Shown here: in pieces, positions 48,885-61,670 of the stretch
Layout of the letters: each line of letters opens with the position of its first letter
Numbering within the stretch: the stretch's first letter is position 1
Assembly: GCA_051530055.1 (NCBI GenBank)
Contig: CM121341.1
Coordinates: forward strand, 18,888,784-18,952,783
DNA: 64,000 nucleotides
Direction of reading: 5' to 3'
DNA from: Neoechinorhynchus agilis
Taxonomy: Eukaryota > Animalia > Acanthocephala
Made by a program: the position numbers and the translations under genes
The notes under the pieces: generated by a model
What the model saw: only the letters and a program-made list of their open reading frames with translations
Told to the model about the DNA's origin: nothing
Database searches by the model: none

Positions 48885-49615
48885 CTATTCTTCATAGCTC
48901 GTTGTGTTTTTCTTAGACTTATTTTTTCGGAGTCGTTTGTAGATGATCGATAGGTCGCTCAGTCTGACATGAGATCCGCAAAATACAAAATTCGACATGA
49001 TATAAAATACAAGGGAAATAAAGGCCATATAAAAGTCCAGCGAATATCCTGCTTTCTCCAATGAAAAAAATAACTCACAGCTGATGCAAACGAAAACGAT
49101 AGTAGTCAAAACGTTTATTATAAACGATCGAAACAAATAAGCGTTTTAGACTGAACATTAAATACTCCAATCGCAGAGCAGGCAAGGCAAACTGTTAGCG
49201 TCAGTACTCGGCTTTTAACGTTCATCAAGCAAATAAACTGCGGAAATGAGAAGAAAGTAACGAAAAGCAGCAAAAGGATTGTAGCGATTTCTGAAATAGG
49301 AGATAAAGCCCGACTGATTTTACAGCATTTCACAAATGTTAAGTTTTGGCGGTTCACCACGTTATCGATTGCATCGAGAAGTGAATGGTCTACGCAAACA
49401 TCGGACAGTAAAGATGCGGAATGTGAAATATCGCCCTTTGGATAAGCAATACAATGCATATAAAGACCATAATAATAAATTTCACCGTCACCGGTTAGAT
49501 TGAACGCTTGAACGTATCGGTGAGAGCTACAACATACTAAGAAGAATATTCCGCTGACTATGTAAGTAATGAGATTCGCTGTGTACAATGGATGAGTTGA
49601 ACGAAGCGGAATCAT
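48885..49615 (-). CDS. Claudin/PMP22/EMP superfamily four-TM protein, 2 exons
   Basis: TM1, then GLYMHC..C loop, TM2, TM3 and GYSLDFYMAF TM4. The canonical 71-nt GT-AG intron 49151-49081 gives SAIGVFNV-H-CEL. Confidence 0.7.
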
Positions 49616-50076
49616 TCGAGCTACAGATGTAATGAACGTGAGTCGTTAAATAAAAGCACGAAAGGTGTAGAAAACGCGTAAGCTCGTTGCATTTCTTACA
49701 CTTTTAGATTTCTCAGAATCCAGATATGCACAACAGACTGCTTTGAAATCAAGTAATACGGAAGGTCGATTTAATAACGAGGCAAATTTTTAATTGCTAC
49801 TTTGTATGATTGGAAATAGTTTAGGAAATGAGTTTTTTCAAACGGGTCGACAACATTGATAATTAGTTGGATCGAGATAATATGATACTTAATTTGCCCC
49901 CTCATCGCACCCACAAAATTAAATGCGTCGAATTTATTAGACATTATTTTAGCTCTTTTCGCCTAACTCTGAATATCTTAGACGCACTAAGATGGAGCGA
50001 AAGCCAAGTTGCAAAACGTGAGGATGTGATTCTTCGCTAAATAGAGTGTTTGCTCGAACTTTCCTCCGAAAACAAT

Positions 50077-50121
50077 AATTGACTGAAGAAGTCCAGCGTG
50101 ATTGGACGAAGTATTTCAATT
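50077..50121 (+). ncRNA. Hammerhead (family E) with a GAAA-to-GAAG change
   Basis: AATTGA CTGAAGA A GTCCA gcgtgat TGGAC GAAG TATT TCAATT, with 6-bp stem I and 5-bp stem II. Confidence 0.75.
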
Positions 50122-50763
50122 AAAGTGATTCTTGGATATACAATTTTCCCCGAATTTTATCTTTAACCTCCTTTTATCCCTTTACTCCGCGAAAATTATC
50201 AATTAAATTCACGAGTTAAAATGAAAAATACGCTGCTATAGGTAATTGATAAATCAGTAGTCATTTAGTTCCGATAATGATTAGCACACTTTTGGCGTTT
50301 ACTCTGTAGTTATTATGCCCACACGGCTGATTTCTAGTGTACATAGCCCACCTATATCTTGGATCAGAGAAGTGATTTAATCACTTAGACTCTGAAGCAT
50401 ACGGTTATGAGTTTGTACATCCCTCCGTATTCTCAGATACCTATGAGGAGGCGGGACTCATCGTTGAGTTTCCTCCCTTCGGCTATATTTCGTCTCCTAT
50501 GGTTATGAGTCATCGGCGATAATGAATTCGAACCATTTGACCCTGTAACCGCGATTCGAGGCTCACACTTTGAGCCCGTTGGCTGTTTATGTAAAAAATA
50601 TCGACTTTATGTGATGATTTATTTATTGTTTAGAATACATGAAAACCACGACTACCTCGTCGCTGAAGGGTTCGCACAATTTATCCGGGGTGAAATGAAT
50701 TCGTTGAATTTATTTGCCTACGCTAAAGGTGAAACAAAGGTAAACCTTACATGCTAAGACCAT

Positions 50764-52025
50764 TTATTGTGATTGTAACATTCGGTAGATTCGACGTGTG
50801 CGATTTCGACAGGGTAAGCCAAGAAGCTGTTTCATAAGGTGGTTTACTTCAGTAATCAAAAGCGTTTGTTTCATTCCGCCGATGGCTTTTATATCCGGCC
50901 CATAAGCAATAAGAAGCGGCATCATATACCTAAATTTGGGCATATAGCCGTTATTCGCTGCGTACATATTTCGCCGGCGTTCGTAAGGATTAGAGTATAT
51001 TCTATACGTGGGATCCGCGATCAACCATGCAACGGGAACTCGCGATCGGTCAGTTATTGGACCAAGAAGATGCTTCATCTCTTTGTCTCTCAAGGTCGTC
51101 ACATGGTGGATTTTGTGCAGTTGGTTAAGTAGAGTCCAATTCGGTCGCACTATACAAAGGAAGAAGGATATTTTTCGTCCTGCAAAAGCTTACATGCATT
51201 TTTGAATATCTTGATGGAGGGCCCTCTTCCAAGGACCCGAAATCCGTCAAGCTTAACGTGATCCGAGATTACTATTGGTTTGGTTTGGAAATTATAATTC
51301 ATAATACCAGTAGTACCCAAAATCAGAAGGTTTAATCGGTTCCAGTATCCTAGACGCTTCATTACAGTCACTAGATTTCGTAGTTCGCGGTCTAGTTCAC
51401 CCATTTCCTGCATTACTTGATAATTTCCAGTCCCGTTCAATCTAAAAGTTGCCGCCATTTGTTCAATGTGTCCTATTATAAACTCATGTCCGTCCAAAAG
51501 CAATGATAGTATTTCCTTGAAAGCATTCTTTGCATTGCCTACAAAGCACGAGGGAGAGCAATATGCCACGGGAGTTTTTGACCGCGGAGTAACACAACAT
51601 CCAGGATATCCAACACAAGCAGAGGTGTGTCCTACCCTACGTTCATTAGTGAACCAAATTGGTTCGAATCTCCTACTTTCAGAGTACCAATTCGTATTCC
51701 AGGAATCCTCGCGTGAAGAGCTAAAAATACTCGACAGGTCGTACATGGTATCCGATACGATTCCGTGGATTCCCGGTAGTTTACCGGTCACTATTGAATG
51801 AAGATTGGGAAAGCTTTCGGTTGGGAACACGCTTTTAAGTCGAACGTAGCTTCCATTTTCCATAAGTTCTCGCAATTGACTATCATTCTTGTACTTCAGA
51901 AACCGAATGAAGTCGTGTCTTAGACCATCAAACACGAGAACCACCAAGGGTGTTCGGTGTGGTTTGTGGCATAAATGGACCGAAACAATGAGTACCGATT
52001 GAATCCAGAATAAATTTGGTCTCAT
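50764..52025 (-). CDS. ENPP/alkaline-phosphatase-superfamily protein, paralog 1 (probable pseudoenzyme)
   Basis: Hydrophobic N-terminus, LVVLVFDGLRH, VFPTESFPNLHSIVTG..HGIV, EPIW. Exons 52025-51194 and 51149-50764 (44-nt GT-AG intron). Confidence 0.85.
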
Positions 52026-52789
52026 AGGGCACAATTACGAAGCAGATCTCTTTGGAATCGTTACGGATGTTTAGTGTAGCGGAAGAGAAAAATGATTTTA
52101 TAGCGTGTAGTGTAAAGCGATTAGTCCCCTAATATGTAAATGAGGGCAAGGAATTTAACAAAACGGGAGTTTGGTCAAAAAGCCACATCGGAACCGTTAC
52201 ACATGATAACTGTTTGCTTCTCTGCCAATCAAATAAACCTGAACAATCGGCCGAATTCTTAATAATATTCAAATAATGTGTGATTCAATGGGACGATTCG
52301 TTCCCCTGTGACTCACACAACTCAAAAAAGAGACGCAGCATTACGCACTCATCGTGGTTTTTTAAACACCGAGTCTCTACACGTTCAAAAATGCGTCTAA
52401 GCGGTAGAATTTATTCAAAGTGCCGATGTATGATTAAGTAGTGTTGGTGTTATTTAGAAGTCTCCACCCGGTAAAGAGTTTATTAAAGACGTTCCCGAAA
52501 CTTCGTCGGGTTCTTCATCAATTTTCTACTAAAAGACCTTTTAAGAGAGATTTCAAACGTGTTATAAGGATAAAAACGACTGGTTTTGCATTAGAATTCT
52601 TTAAAAGCGGCACAGCGCGTAACCAAAAGGCAAAGAATCCATTTGAAATTGAATTTTTCAATTTTACGATATTTAATATCATCTTATTGTTTTGAAGAGT
52701 GGATAACTCAACATTTTAATGAGCAGTAAAGGAGCCAATACTCTATTTAAATCGGACTTGATAAAAGTTACGATGGGAACGGAGGAACA

Positions 52790-52960
52790 TCTTTAACCTC
52801 TTTTGAATCGCTGATTCTCTGATAAAAATAATTAGCTGCCCTGGGGTCTTTTGTTGGTGCTACGACCAATTCTGCGGTGTTTGGTCCAATACCCCGACAA
52901 ATTGTCTCAATGGCGAGAGTTTGGAGCGACGGATCGAAGCGTTTGTATTTTTCCATTTGT
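52790..52960 (-). mobile_element. CRE-like family 2 3' fragment
   Basis: [28 protein letters not shown] aligns with the RLE C-terminus of the 15855-17672 element. Confidence 0.55.
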
Positions 52961-53515
52961 CGGCCTGATCCTCAATGGCAACAAAAAGTCCTTTATTAAC
53001 TTTCATAAAATATTCCCTCTGCGTCAACTTAAAGAACAAAGACATCCTCGTATTTTTATCCTAAATCCAGAATATGCGACGCTTCCTTGCTCAACGCTTT
53101 CGACGCAGCTAAGCTTTCACACAATCGTGTGTTTGTCCATGGCGAAACTATAAAGATTAACGAATCGTTCAAAAGTGAGCGTAGACGTTGAATTATAAGC
53201 ACGAAAGAATCCGGCAGTTGATGTCGATTCAACAAAGATTTGGCAATATTGGAAAGTTTTTTAGTGATTCTGCTGATTTCGGGTAATTTGTTAGGTTTTG
53301 TTTTCGAAAATAGATTCTTGCACAGGTCTTTATTTCCGAGTTTTGGCCGTCTTACGTCTTCCTCAGAAATATACAAATGCGAAGGAGAGTTCAGCTCGCA
53401 TTTGTAGATTCCTGAGTAAGCCATAAGACGGCGAAAGCTCTTAGAAATAAAGATTCTCTTTATTATTACAACAGCTTGCCAAGTTACCACCAATTCCCAA
53501 CCATCCAACCCGACC

Positions 53516-53700
53516 AGATATCCCCACCCGAACGTACATCCTTCGGATCGGATATTCGCACTCGAACGGGCATCCCTCGGATCGGATATTCTCACTCGGG
53601 CGGGCTTCCCTCCGACCGGATATTCCCACCCGAAGGGACATCCCTCCAACCGGATATTCCCACCCGAAGGGACATCCCTCCAACCGAATATTCCCATCCG
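53516..53700. repeat. 34-bp minisatellite (~5.5 units) inside a dispersed repeat
   Basis: Unit ggatattcccacccgaagggacatccctccaacc starts at 53516, 53550, 53584, 53618, 53652 and 53686. The downstream flank (53700-53820) matches 19406-19520. Confidence 0.85.
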
Positions 53701-54264
53701 ACTGGATATTTTCACCCACCCGGACTCGTAATCCACCCTAAAATCAATAGCCAGATTCATTTATCCAATCAGAACTGCAGTGTTTATGAGGACCCAAAAG
53801 AGGGCATGGTCCTGTTCGTTAATCTATATATCACCAAACAAGATAAGCCCGTTCAGCAGTCCATTTTCGAAAATCAAACTTGATCAATCATGCGGCTGGA
53901 AAATCAAATAGTATTTTAAGTGATCATCTTTAACTAATTTTTTATTTTATACACTTTTTGTTGCACACACAACAACAAAAACGTTTAAACAATCACCACC
54001 GTCCACGAAGAAGAAGCATCGCTCTCCTCTCAGTGGTCGCGACCACACTCGCTGCGTTTCCTCTTTGGACGACGAGACCAATGTTTTGGCGCAGGAGCGA
54101 TTGGAGTTGATTGTTAGGTTTTGTCGGATTATTCTATTTTCGATGATAATATCCAAATTTCCACTTGGTTTGTGCGACTCAAGACTGAAGCTTAAAATGG
54201 CTTGGCATTCGGTGCTGTCCCTTTTTTTCAAACTCTCATTTGACGACGATGCTCCAGACGAATA

Positions 54265-56463
54265 ATGCTGAACGATGCTCGCTACGTTCGGTGTGCCCTG
54301 CGCTTCTACTGCTTCATGAAATTGAACGGCAGACGATCCCTCGTTTTGAAAGTCACTTCGCGGTCACCTAAGATTTGGTCGGACGTCCTAAAGAAAATGC
54401 AAATAAAGAACAACCAAAATTTCGATCAACTCTTTACCCCACAGCTCAAAAGACTATGGAGCATTTTCGAGAAAAACAATTACGAACTACGATTGGCAGG
54501 AGGAGTTGTTCGTGATCTTTTAATGGGAAAACCTGCTGCTGATGTAGACCTTGCGACAACGGCGACCCCTTCACAAATGCGCGAAATGTTTACAACAGAA
54601 AATGTCCGGATGTTTAACACTAACGGAGAAAAGCATGGAACGGTTTCTGTTCGAATTGACGATAGCGAGAATTTCGAAATTACAACCCTTCGGATCGACG
54701 TGGAAACAACTGGAAGGCATGCTCGAGTTCAATTTACGACTGATTGGATGCTTGATGCTAATCGAAGAGATCTTACCATTAATTCCTTGTTCTTGGATGA
54801 CAAGGGAACAATATATGACTATTTTGATGGCTATAAGCACATTGAGAAAAGGATTGTCATGTTTGTCGGTGATGCAAATACTCGTATTCAAGAAGACTAT
54901 CTGAGAATCCTGCGGTATTTCCGGTTCTTCGGGGTCATGCAGCCATCGCCTCCCACGCACATCCCAGAGATCCTTCGTGCTATTAAAGAAAATGCGCACG
55001 GTCTTGCACGTTAGTCTTTTCTCACTGCTTTCGCATAAAAATCAAATGATATCTTTAGAAATCTCCGGAGAACGGATTTGGGTCGAATTACGAAAAATAT
55101 TGGTTACTCCATTGGCGCCATTATTACTGGAAGCAATGTTGTCTTGCAATTTAATGCCTTTTATTGGTATTATTTTACCTATTTTACCCTCAAAGACATG
55201 TAAATAGGCCTTGAACATGTAAAATCGTTAGAGGACATCGAGGAGTTTAAAAACGTATGTGAAGCAACAAGAGGACAAAAGGCACTTCCTATTACATTAA
55301 TTACTGCTCTTTTTAAGGACGTTAGACATGTAAGATTCGGAGAGCTACTTACATCTTTGATTTTAAAATCAAAATTTAGTTTTACGTAGTTATTATTCTA
55401 CGATATACAAGGATATAAAATTACATCTTCTTGTACTTTTTATAATTGTATCGAGGATCCAGCATTCCTTTTCTGGATCGCTGATTCTCTGATAAAAATA
55501 ATTAGCAGTACGAAGATCCCGTGTTGCCGCTGCGACCAACCATTTTCCATCAATGTTTAAAAATTCTGCGGTGTTTTGTCGAACATCACCAATTCTCTCA
55601 ATGGCGAGAGTTTTTTATAATGTAGAGCGACAGATCAAGGCATTTGTATTTGTCCTTTTTTTCGGCAATGCCTTTTCGAAAATTCACCGACTCCTTAAAC
55701 TATAAGGGGTAATTGGTTGCTTTCATACAAATTTGTGATTTGAAACGATAGAGTTAAAGCTAATTTTCGTAAGATATTTCGAGCCGTTTAGTTTTGATAT
55801 ACGAAAGTGGGACGGAAAATCCCAAAAAATCATACATAGCCATTGGAAATTCGATGCATTGCTACTCAAAATTTAAGTGGCCTAGTAATGTTTGTTTTGT
55901 CAATATTGTATTCCTCGTGACCAAAAATGAATTTAATATTGACAGTTTAGCTTCTCCAATTTCATTTGCGGGTTCACTCGTCAAATCTGGAAAAAGCAAC
56001 ATCGCGGTTGATATTAATGACTCGGGCTCACAGAAAGGAATGGTCGCTTTTGAGCGACAAGGAAGTTGCATGGAAGCTCGTCGATATGTACTACACCCTC
56101 GGTGACCTTGACACGAATATATTTGACAAATTATGTGAAGTGGCCAAGTATATGGGATTTTACAACGCGTTGGATGGCGGGGAAGCTCTCAGGTGCCGGA
56201 TTGAGACGATAAAAGAATTTCCAGTAAATGGGCACTTATTAGCAGCTACAGGATTGAAAAAAGGACCGAATTATAAGTACGTATTAGCCGAACTAAAACG
56301 TCGATGGATAGAGAGTAGATATACTTTGAGTTGCGATGAGCTTTTGTCGCAGTTGGACGAAGTTATTCAAAAGATAAAGGATTCGAGATCAATATCTGAC
56401 GCTCACAGTGGACCGAGCAGAAAGATGATGCGCTTAAGTGATCTTAAGTCATTGGAGAAATAA
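54265..56463 (+). CDS. TRNT1: CCA-adding enzyme (tRNA nucleotidyltransferase), 4 exons
   Basis: [63 protein letters not shown]. Introns 55010-55058, 55167-55207 and 55330-55950. An Arg-rich leader precedes a second Met (MQIK), suggesting mitochondrial and cytosolic forms. Confidence 0.95.
55455..55660 (-). mobile_element. CRE-like family 2 fragment inside TRNT1 intron 3
   Basis: Shares atcgctgattctctgataaaaataattagc, aattctgcggtgttt and tctcaatggcgagagttt with 52790-52960. Confidence 0.65.
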
Positions 56464-56616
56464 TTTATTTTTAGGCGGCTAATAAGCTTATAATCTATAG
56501 AGCAATCATAACCTTTTTATCGTTTCCTTTGATTCGTAACTTTGGAAACTATAGAAGTGAATCCTTTATTTAGTGCAAAGAAATTATTATAGTTTCAGTT
56601 TCAATTAGCGATGTTT

Positions 56617-56770
56617 GATTCAGAAAATAGATTTATCTCGAAAATTTTCGGCCTTTTCGTTGGCCTTCTTCAGTCAATTGTTTGCAAGGGTTTACGTCGT
56701 TTGCTAACAATTGACTGAAGAAGACCAACGAAAAGGCCGAAAATTTTCAAGATAAATCTATTTCTGAATC
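56617..56770. mobile_element. Palindromic double-hammerhead element (family C)
   Basis: ~70-bp arms with a 13-bp spacer (56688-56700). HHR on + at 56711-56750 and on - at 56638-56677. Confidence 0.85.
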
Positions 56771-56822
56771 TTCATTTAGTTTAAAATCATCCCAAAAAAT
56801 CTAGTAGTGTTTATTTATGGCG

Positions 56823-56999
56823 TAAAATTAAAGGAATTTATTAAATCCGATATTTCTTCACAACCTCATGCCTTTATCAATGGTGTAAAAGTGTTTAATC
56901 CGCACTTGAACGCTGCAGATTAAACACTTTTACAACCTTGATAAAGGCATGCGATTGTGCCGAAATATCGGATTTAATAAATTCTTTATTAGAATTTAC
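56823..56999. mobile_element. Palindromic element with degenerate hammerheads (family D)
   Basis: Arms 56834-56900 and 56918-56984. The + arm reads TTGATAA A GGCA..TGCC GAAA TATC. Confidence 0.75.
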
Positions 57000-57009
57000 A
57001 AGTTTTGGA

Positions 57010-57260
57010 AGATTATGTTCTGTGGAGCCGCTGTTTTCCTCACGCTGGCAACATTCCCTCGTTGTACTGCGAGGGAGATGTTTTGTTTAAGGAATGCTGT
57101 CGCACGCGAGTCACTTTTTATCGCCATCGACCTCTTTGCTATATCTGAAACCAGCTGAAGTGCGGATTCTCGGAGGGCCCCGAACGTTTCGATCCTGAAA
57201 GGTACATTCCTTCTATCTTCAAACATATCTAGTAGTGGAACGCCTTTTCCGTCTCCTTTT
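57010..57260 (-). mobile_element. Decayed CRE-clade 3' fragment
   Basis: VPFRIETFGAL..DSRATAFLKQNISLAVQRGNVASV. Confidence 0.8.
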
Positions 57261-57844
57261 GTTGCCTAAACTACATGCTTAGAAACCGAAATCAATGGCC
57301 ACGTTTTTTGCAACCGAGCGTTACGGTTCGATCAGTTTTGCATGAACAATTGAAAAAGTTTAAATGAACGATTAGATAATGCGAGAAAATCCGAACTCCA
57401 AATGTTGCGTCGCTCTGATTTTCCAAATAAGTGAGAAACATAAGGAACTTTCAAACTCCAACAAGAAAATCTTGTCTTATCCTAACATAGCGAGCAAATA
57501 TTTAGAAAGTGCAATATGACGAAGCATAGAGCGCTTTGGCCAGTTTAAGCTTCGCTAATTTTTACATTGGTGAAAAGTTTGAGGATCGATAATTTATCGA
57601 CGATCATCTTGATTAGTACACAATATCAAATATACGAAAGTAAGAATACAAATCGAGCGAAACAACAATGGTCACTGCTTTTAGCTTCGTAGGAGCCAAA
57701 AAATTCGGGTTTAGTAATTTGTGTGAATCGATTGGCAAATTGAACGAAATTCGATCCCGATTGGAATTTCCGGTATGCAGGGAGGGACGACACCATGGTA
57801 ACGCTTGCTGAAGGCTTGAATTCATTGAAGCATCTTAACAAATA

Positions 57845-59113
57845 ATGTTATCCCTTAGCTGTTTTCTGATGTCAGTTTCATTGATCTGGTCAAAATCAGA
57901 CTCCGATCCGAAGCAACATCCGCTAGTAGTTCTAGTGGTTGATGGGCTAAAACATGGATTTTCTCAGTATTTTAGTCCTCTATACGACAGTAAGTTGCAC
58001 ACCTTAATGGAAAACGGAATCTACGCGAGATTAAAGAGCGTGTTCCCAGCAGAGACATTACCGAATCTTCAATCAATTGCTACTGGTAAATTGGCAGGAG
58101 AACATGGAATAGTATCAGATACAATGTTCGACATTGGTCGTTACAAATTCTTTAATTCTTCGATGGAGAATTCATGGGATGCAGGATGGTATTTGGTAAA
58201 TCGAAATGTGAAATCGATTTGGCATGCGAATGAAATAAGGGAAGGATATAGATCTGCATGTATCGGATATCCAGGATGTTGCGCCAAACGAAAAGGTTTT
58301 CCGATTGTGAGCTACTGTTTACCTGCAAGGACGGCTAAACGAGTTCCGAGGGTCTTGGACGAGATTCATGTACTTTTATCCGAAGGATATCAGTTTATCA
58401 TTGCGTACGTTCAAGACCTTGGCAAGATTTTACGACGTGGAGGAATTACTAATAAACGGCTCCTAGAAGAACTTGGAGAGTTAGACTATCGACTTGGAGA
58501 AGCAATAGATGACATGAAGGTTTTTGGTCAATGGAACAGAGTAAATCTGCTGATATTGGGTGCGACTGGCATTATGAACTATGACTTTAAAGCAACCCCG
58601 ATTATTATTTCAGATTATGTTCAATTTAGAGGGTTTATAACATTTGGAAGGGGTCCATCTGTACAGATTTATCAGAACGCATGTAAGTTCACGGTGGTTT
58701 AATAAACCAATTTCCTCAATTTAGTGCGACCAAAATGGAAACAATTGAAGAAACTGGATACAATTCCAAACGTCTTAGTCATAATGAGAAATGATTTGTG
58801 GAAGTATCTAGGCAACGTATCTGATATAAGTAGATTTCCTGTAGCGTGGCTGATTGCTAAACCAGGACATTTAATTTTTCCAAATCATAGGGAATTGCAA
58901 AATAGTTACTTCCTTGCCAATAATGGTTACATGCCAAAATTAAAACAAATGATGCCTCTTATTATTGCCCATGGTCCTGACATAAAGCAAAATAAAGGAA
59001 CGAATGAAACATATCCCATAACCGATGTCTACTTTCTAATGCGGAAACTTCTTGGGTTACCTTGTGGGAAACGAAAACGACCCATCTATCGAATTCTAAA
59101 GAACAGTGATTGA
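57845..59113 (+). CDS. ENPP-like protein, paralog 2 (probable pseudoenzyme)
   Basis: Signal peptide, LVVLVVDGLKH, VFPAETLPNLQSIATG. The 42-nt intron 58683-58724 has the same position and junction (gcat|gtaag..ag|tgcgacc) as in paralog 1. Confidence 0.87.
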
Positions 59114-60844
59114 GAAGAACAGTAAATTTAATTAGAATAACTGTTGTCTGGTTATAGATGTGAGATTTAGACCATACAATGTGAATTTTCCCTTAAGAGT
59201 TTTGCGCAATCACAAAGGTAAAATAATCAACTGTTTTCTTAGGTTACTTGCTTACTCGTACAAACAGCACGAAATTCAGTTTTGCGATATATCGTTGGTT
59301 AGCAAACAGCCGAACACATAAATAAAAATTTGAATTTAGAACCATCCACTTTAATAGTGCTGTAGTTTTCTCTTGCAAGTGGGCTTAAAATATAGAACGA
59401 GCCAAACAGAAAGTGAGAAAAATTGAATGTGAAATAAATGCCCAAATAAGCGCTTGCATAGCTTCCCAATCGATCTTCAGCGATCGAGATAATAATGAAA
59501 GGAACAATATAGGAAATTATTGTAAACGAAATTTAATTCCTACAAAAGCAAAATGCACCGCGTTTATTTGGAAAATATTATTTGGTGTTCCCTAATATCG
59601 TTTAGTCAGAGCTTTACCGAATATTAAAAATTTTAAATACTAAACGATATTGTGTTTACATGTGGAGGCTTCCTCTTTCGAAATATTTTTTAGCAATAAA
59701 ATACCTTTTCGATTTTTTGCAATTATTAAGATATTCGTGGGGTCGCTGGATTTTTTGGAGAGGTCGCCCCTCCGAGCCGAAAGTGTCCTTTGTGGACTAT
59801 TTTATTCCCAGGATCTGTATAATTATTGATGCGATTTCTCAAACTTTCCCTCATGCAAAGGAACATATTAGATTTTTTATCTCAAGATTTTTCTTAAATA
59901 AAGTTTTATTTTATAAAGCACTGTTCAATAAAGTGTATTTCAATTTTTCGTGAATAAATTGACCTACTTTTTAGTGCAAATTTGATGATGGAGCAGGATA
60001 TAAAGAGGATCACCAAGAAAATTTGACTATTTGTGATTTCATTACTTTGTTGTTTAAAACGACAATTGCAACTGCTATCTTTCTCTAAGATACGTTTTGG
60101 GCATGTTTGATGATTCAATTTTAGTTATTTACTACAAGTTACAGCTTATCGAGGGTCTGATCAGCCCTCAATTAGATGATTGCCTCAAACCTGTATTTTA
60201 CAATACCTCTGAAGTTTCAATATTTACCAATCAAGTCGAACACACGGCGAGGAATGCTTTACTAATAAATAAAATATTGCACAATTTTTTGTTTGCATTT
60301 TGTCGTGATATTTTCATGAATTTTGTACTGGCACAGATCAACGTAAATTGAAGGGTTTAGCTTTTTCATTTTGCCCTTCTAATTTAGTAATTTCACCAGC
60401 GCAGACAAAGCAGACCAATTGAATTGCAATGTATTTCCCTGGTCCTTTTTCTTCAGCAAACCGAGCCTTAAACCTATCGATTTTTTAACCGATTAATCGC
60501 GATTCTCGTATATTTTTCAATAGATACCCTATACTTCTTTAAACAAATCTTTTTATTTTTAACCCATAAATGAATTCCTCTGTGGAAATACGAACATTTA
60601 AAATTTCCTCGTTTAAATCGAATAAAAATTATTTGCCCCTTTTAGTTCGGCTTCCTTCGCTTAGGAGAACTATGTTTTTTAACCTTTGAGCATGTTTCTT
60701 CAACTCTTTCTCTCTTTATTGGGGTATCAGAGTCTTCCTTGAAATGAAATTTTGTCTTTTTAAATATCCATGATGTGTTCATTTGCGCTCCTTGATATTC
60801 TTGGCTCAAATGATTCGCGGGTTAAAAATTTACTTGTAGTTTTG

Positions 60845-60900
60845 TCTCAACATCCACCGATGGACCAAATGTCAGCACTAAATTGTCCAAACCATGGATC
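60845..60900 (+). mobile_element. Possible hAT-like transposase remnant
   Basis: Only the STDGPNV motif; surrounding frames are broken. Confidence 0.25.
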
Positions 60901-61670
60901 AGAATAGATTTGTGGTGAATTCAATTTAATAAGGAACGACAAAGTGGGCGTATGGAGAATCTCCCGAAATTCCTAGGTTCTTCATAGAATATAAAATTTG
61001 CATAGTCACAAAGATTAGACAATGCATTTATTGATAAAAATCACTTTGCTGAAGATCTAACTGCCCCGCGAAGTCAATTTTTAGATAGCACAAATAAGAA
61101 TCATTGGACACTAAAAAGGGGAATGGAAAACATGAAGATAAACTTCGTAAGCAAAATAGCAAAAATCAATTAAGCATTTTTTAATTTATTGTGCATACAG
61201 AATTTTCCATTTTAAATCCAGCTAATATACATTCATTGCATTTGTTGATTATTGCTTAAGTTGTGTCGTTGAAATTGAGGAGTGCAATTTACCATATCAA
61301 TTGTTTCAATAAAGTATTGATCTTCATTTTCAGTCCAAGGTTATCATTCATTCATTTCCCAAGAACCAAGCAAATCATGGAAAAAACATATAAACCCACC
61401 TCTGTGAGCTCATTTTTAGATTAAAGTGCTTTTCGCACTTACTACTTCGGCTCATAATGCCCATACAGCAAAATGCTGTCTTAAACTAAGTTACGAAAAA
61501 GTGCTTGCCTTTAAAAATAAGTTGTTTTAGAGCTTTCGCGAGTGTTGAAAAAACAAAAACAAAGAAAGCTTTTACTCTTTCGTTTTCTTTTGAATACATA
61601 TTCAATATAAATGAATCGTGAGCAACTAAAAAAGACGCTTACAAATCGAATCTCTCACTTAATAATTTTT

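Noticed and set aside
49081-49151. Claudin-like gene frame break with a terminal-looking stem (gtctaaaacg/cgttttgac)
   Set aside because: A canonical 71-nt GT-AG intron with a good pyrimidine tract gives a PMP22-like sequence, so it is not counted as non-canonical.
50470-50520. Half-hammerhead (GAGAC GAAA TATA GCCG, minus strand); a similar weak case at 11377-11415
   Set aside because: The CTGANGA core or the stems are too degenerate.
50520-50590. tRNA-like GGTTCGAAT arm on the minus strand
   Set aside because: No acceptor stem, D-arm or anticodon arm can be formed.
53056-53480. SGIYKC..LYI as a GIY-YIG nuclease
   Set aside because: It lacks the G of YIG and the downstream R/E residues, and the ORF's N-terminal half is minisatellite translation.
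53516-53700. CRISPR-like 34-bp periodicity
   Set aside because: Contiguous degenerate units with no unique spacers, no cas genes, eukaryotic context.
54065-54267. TAATG stop-start overlap upstream of TRNT1
   Set aside because: The upstream frame has no ATG and no recognisable product.
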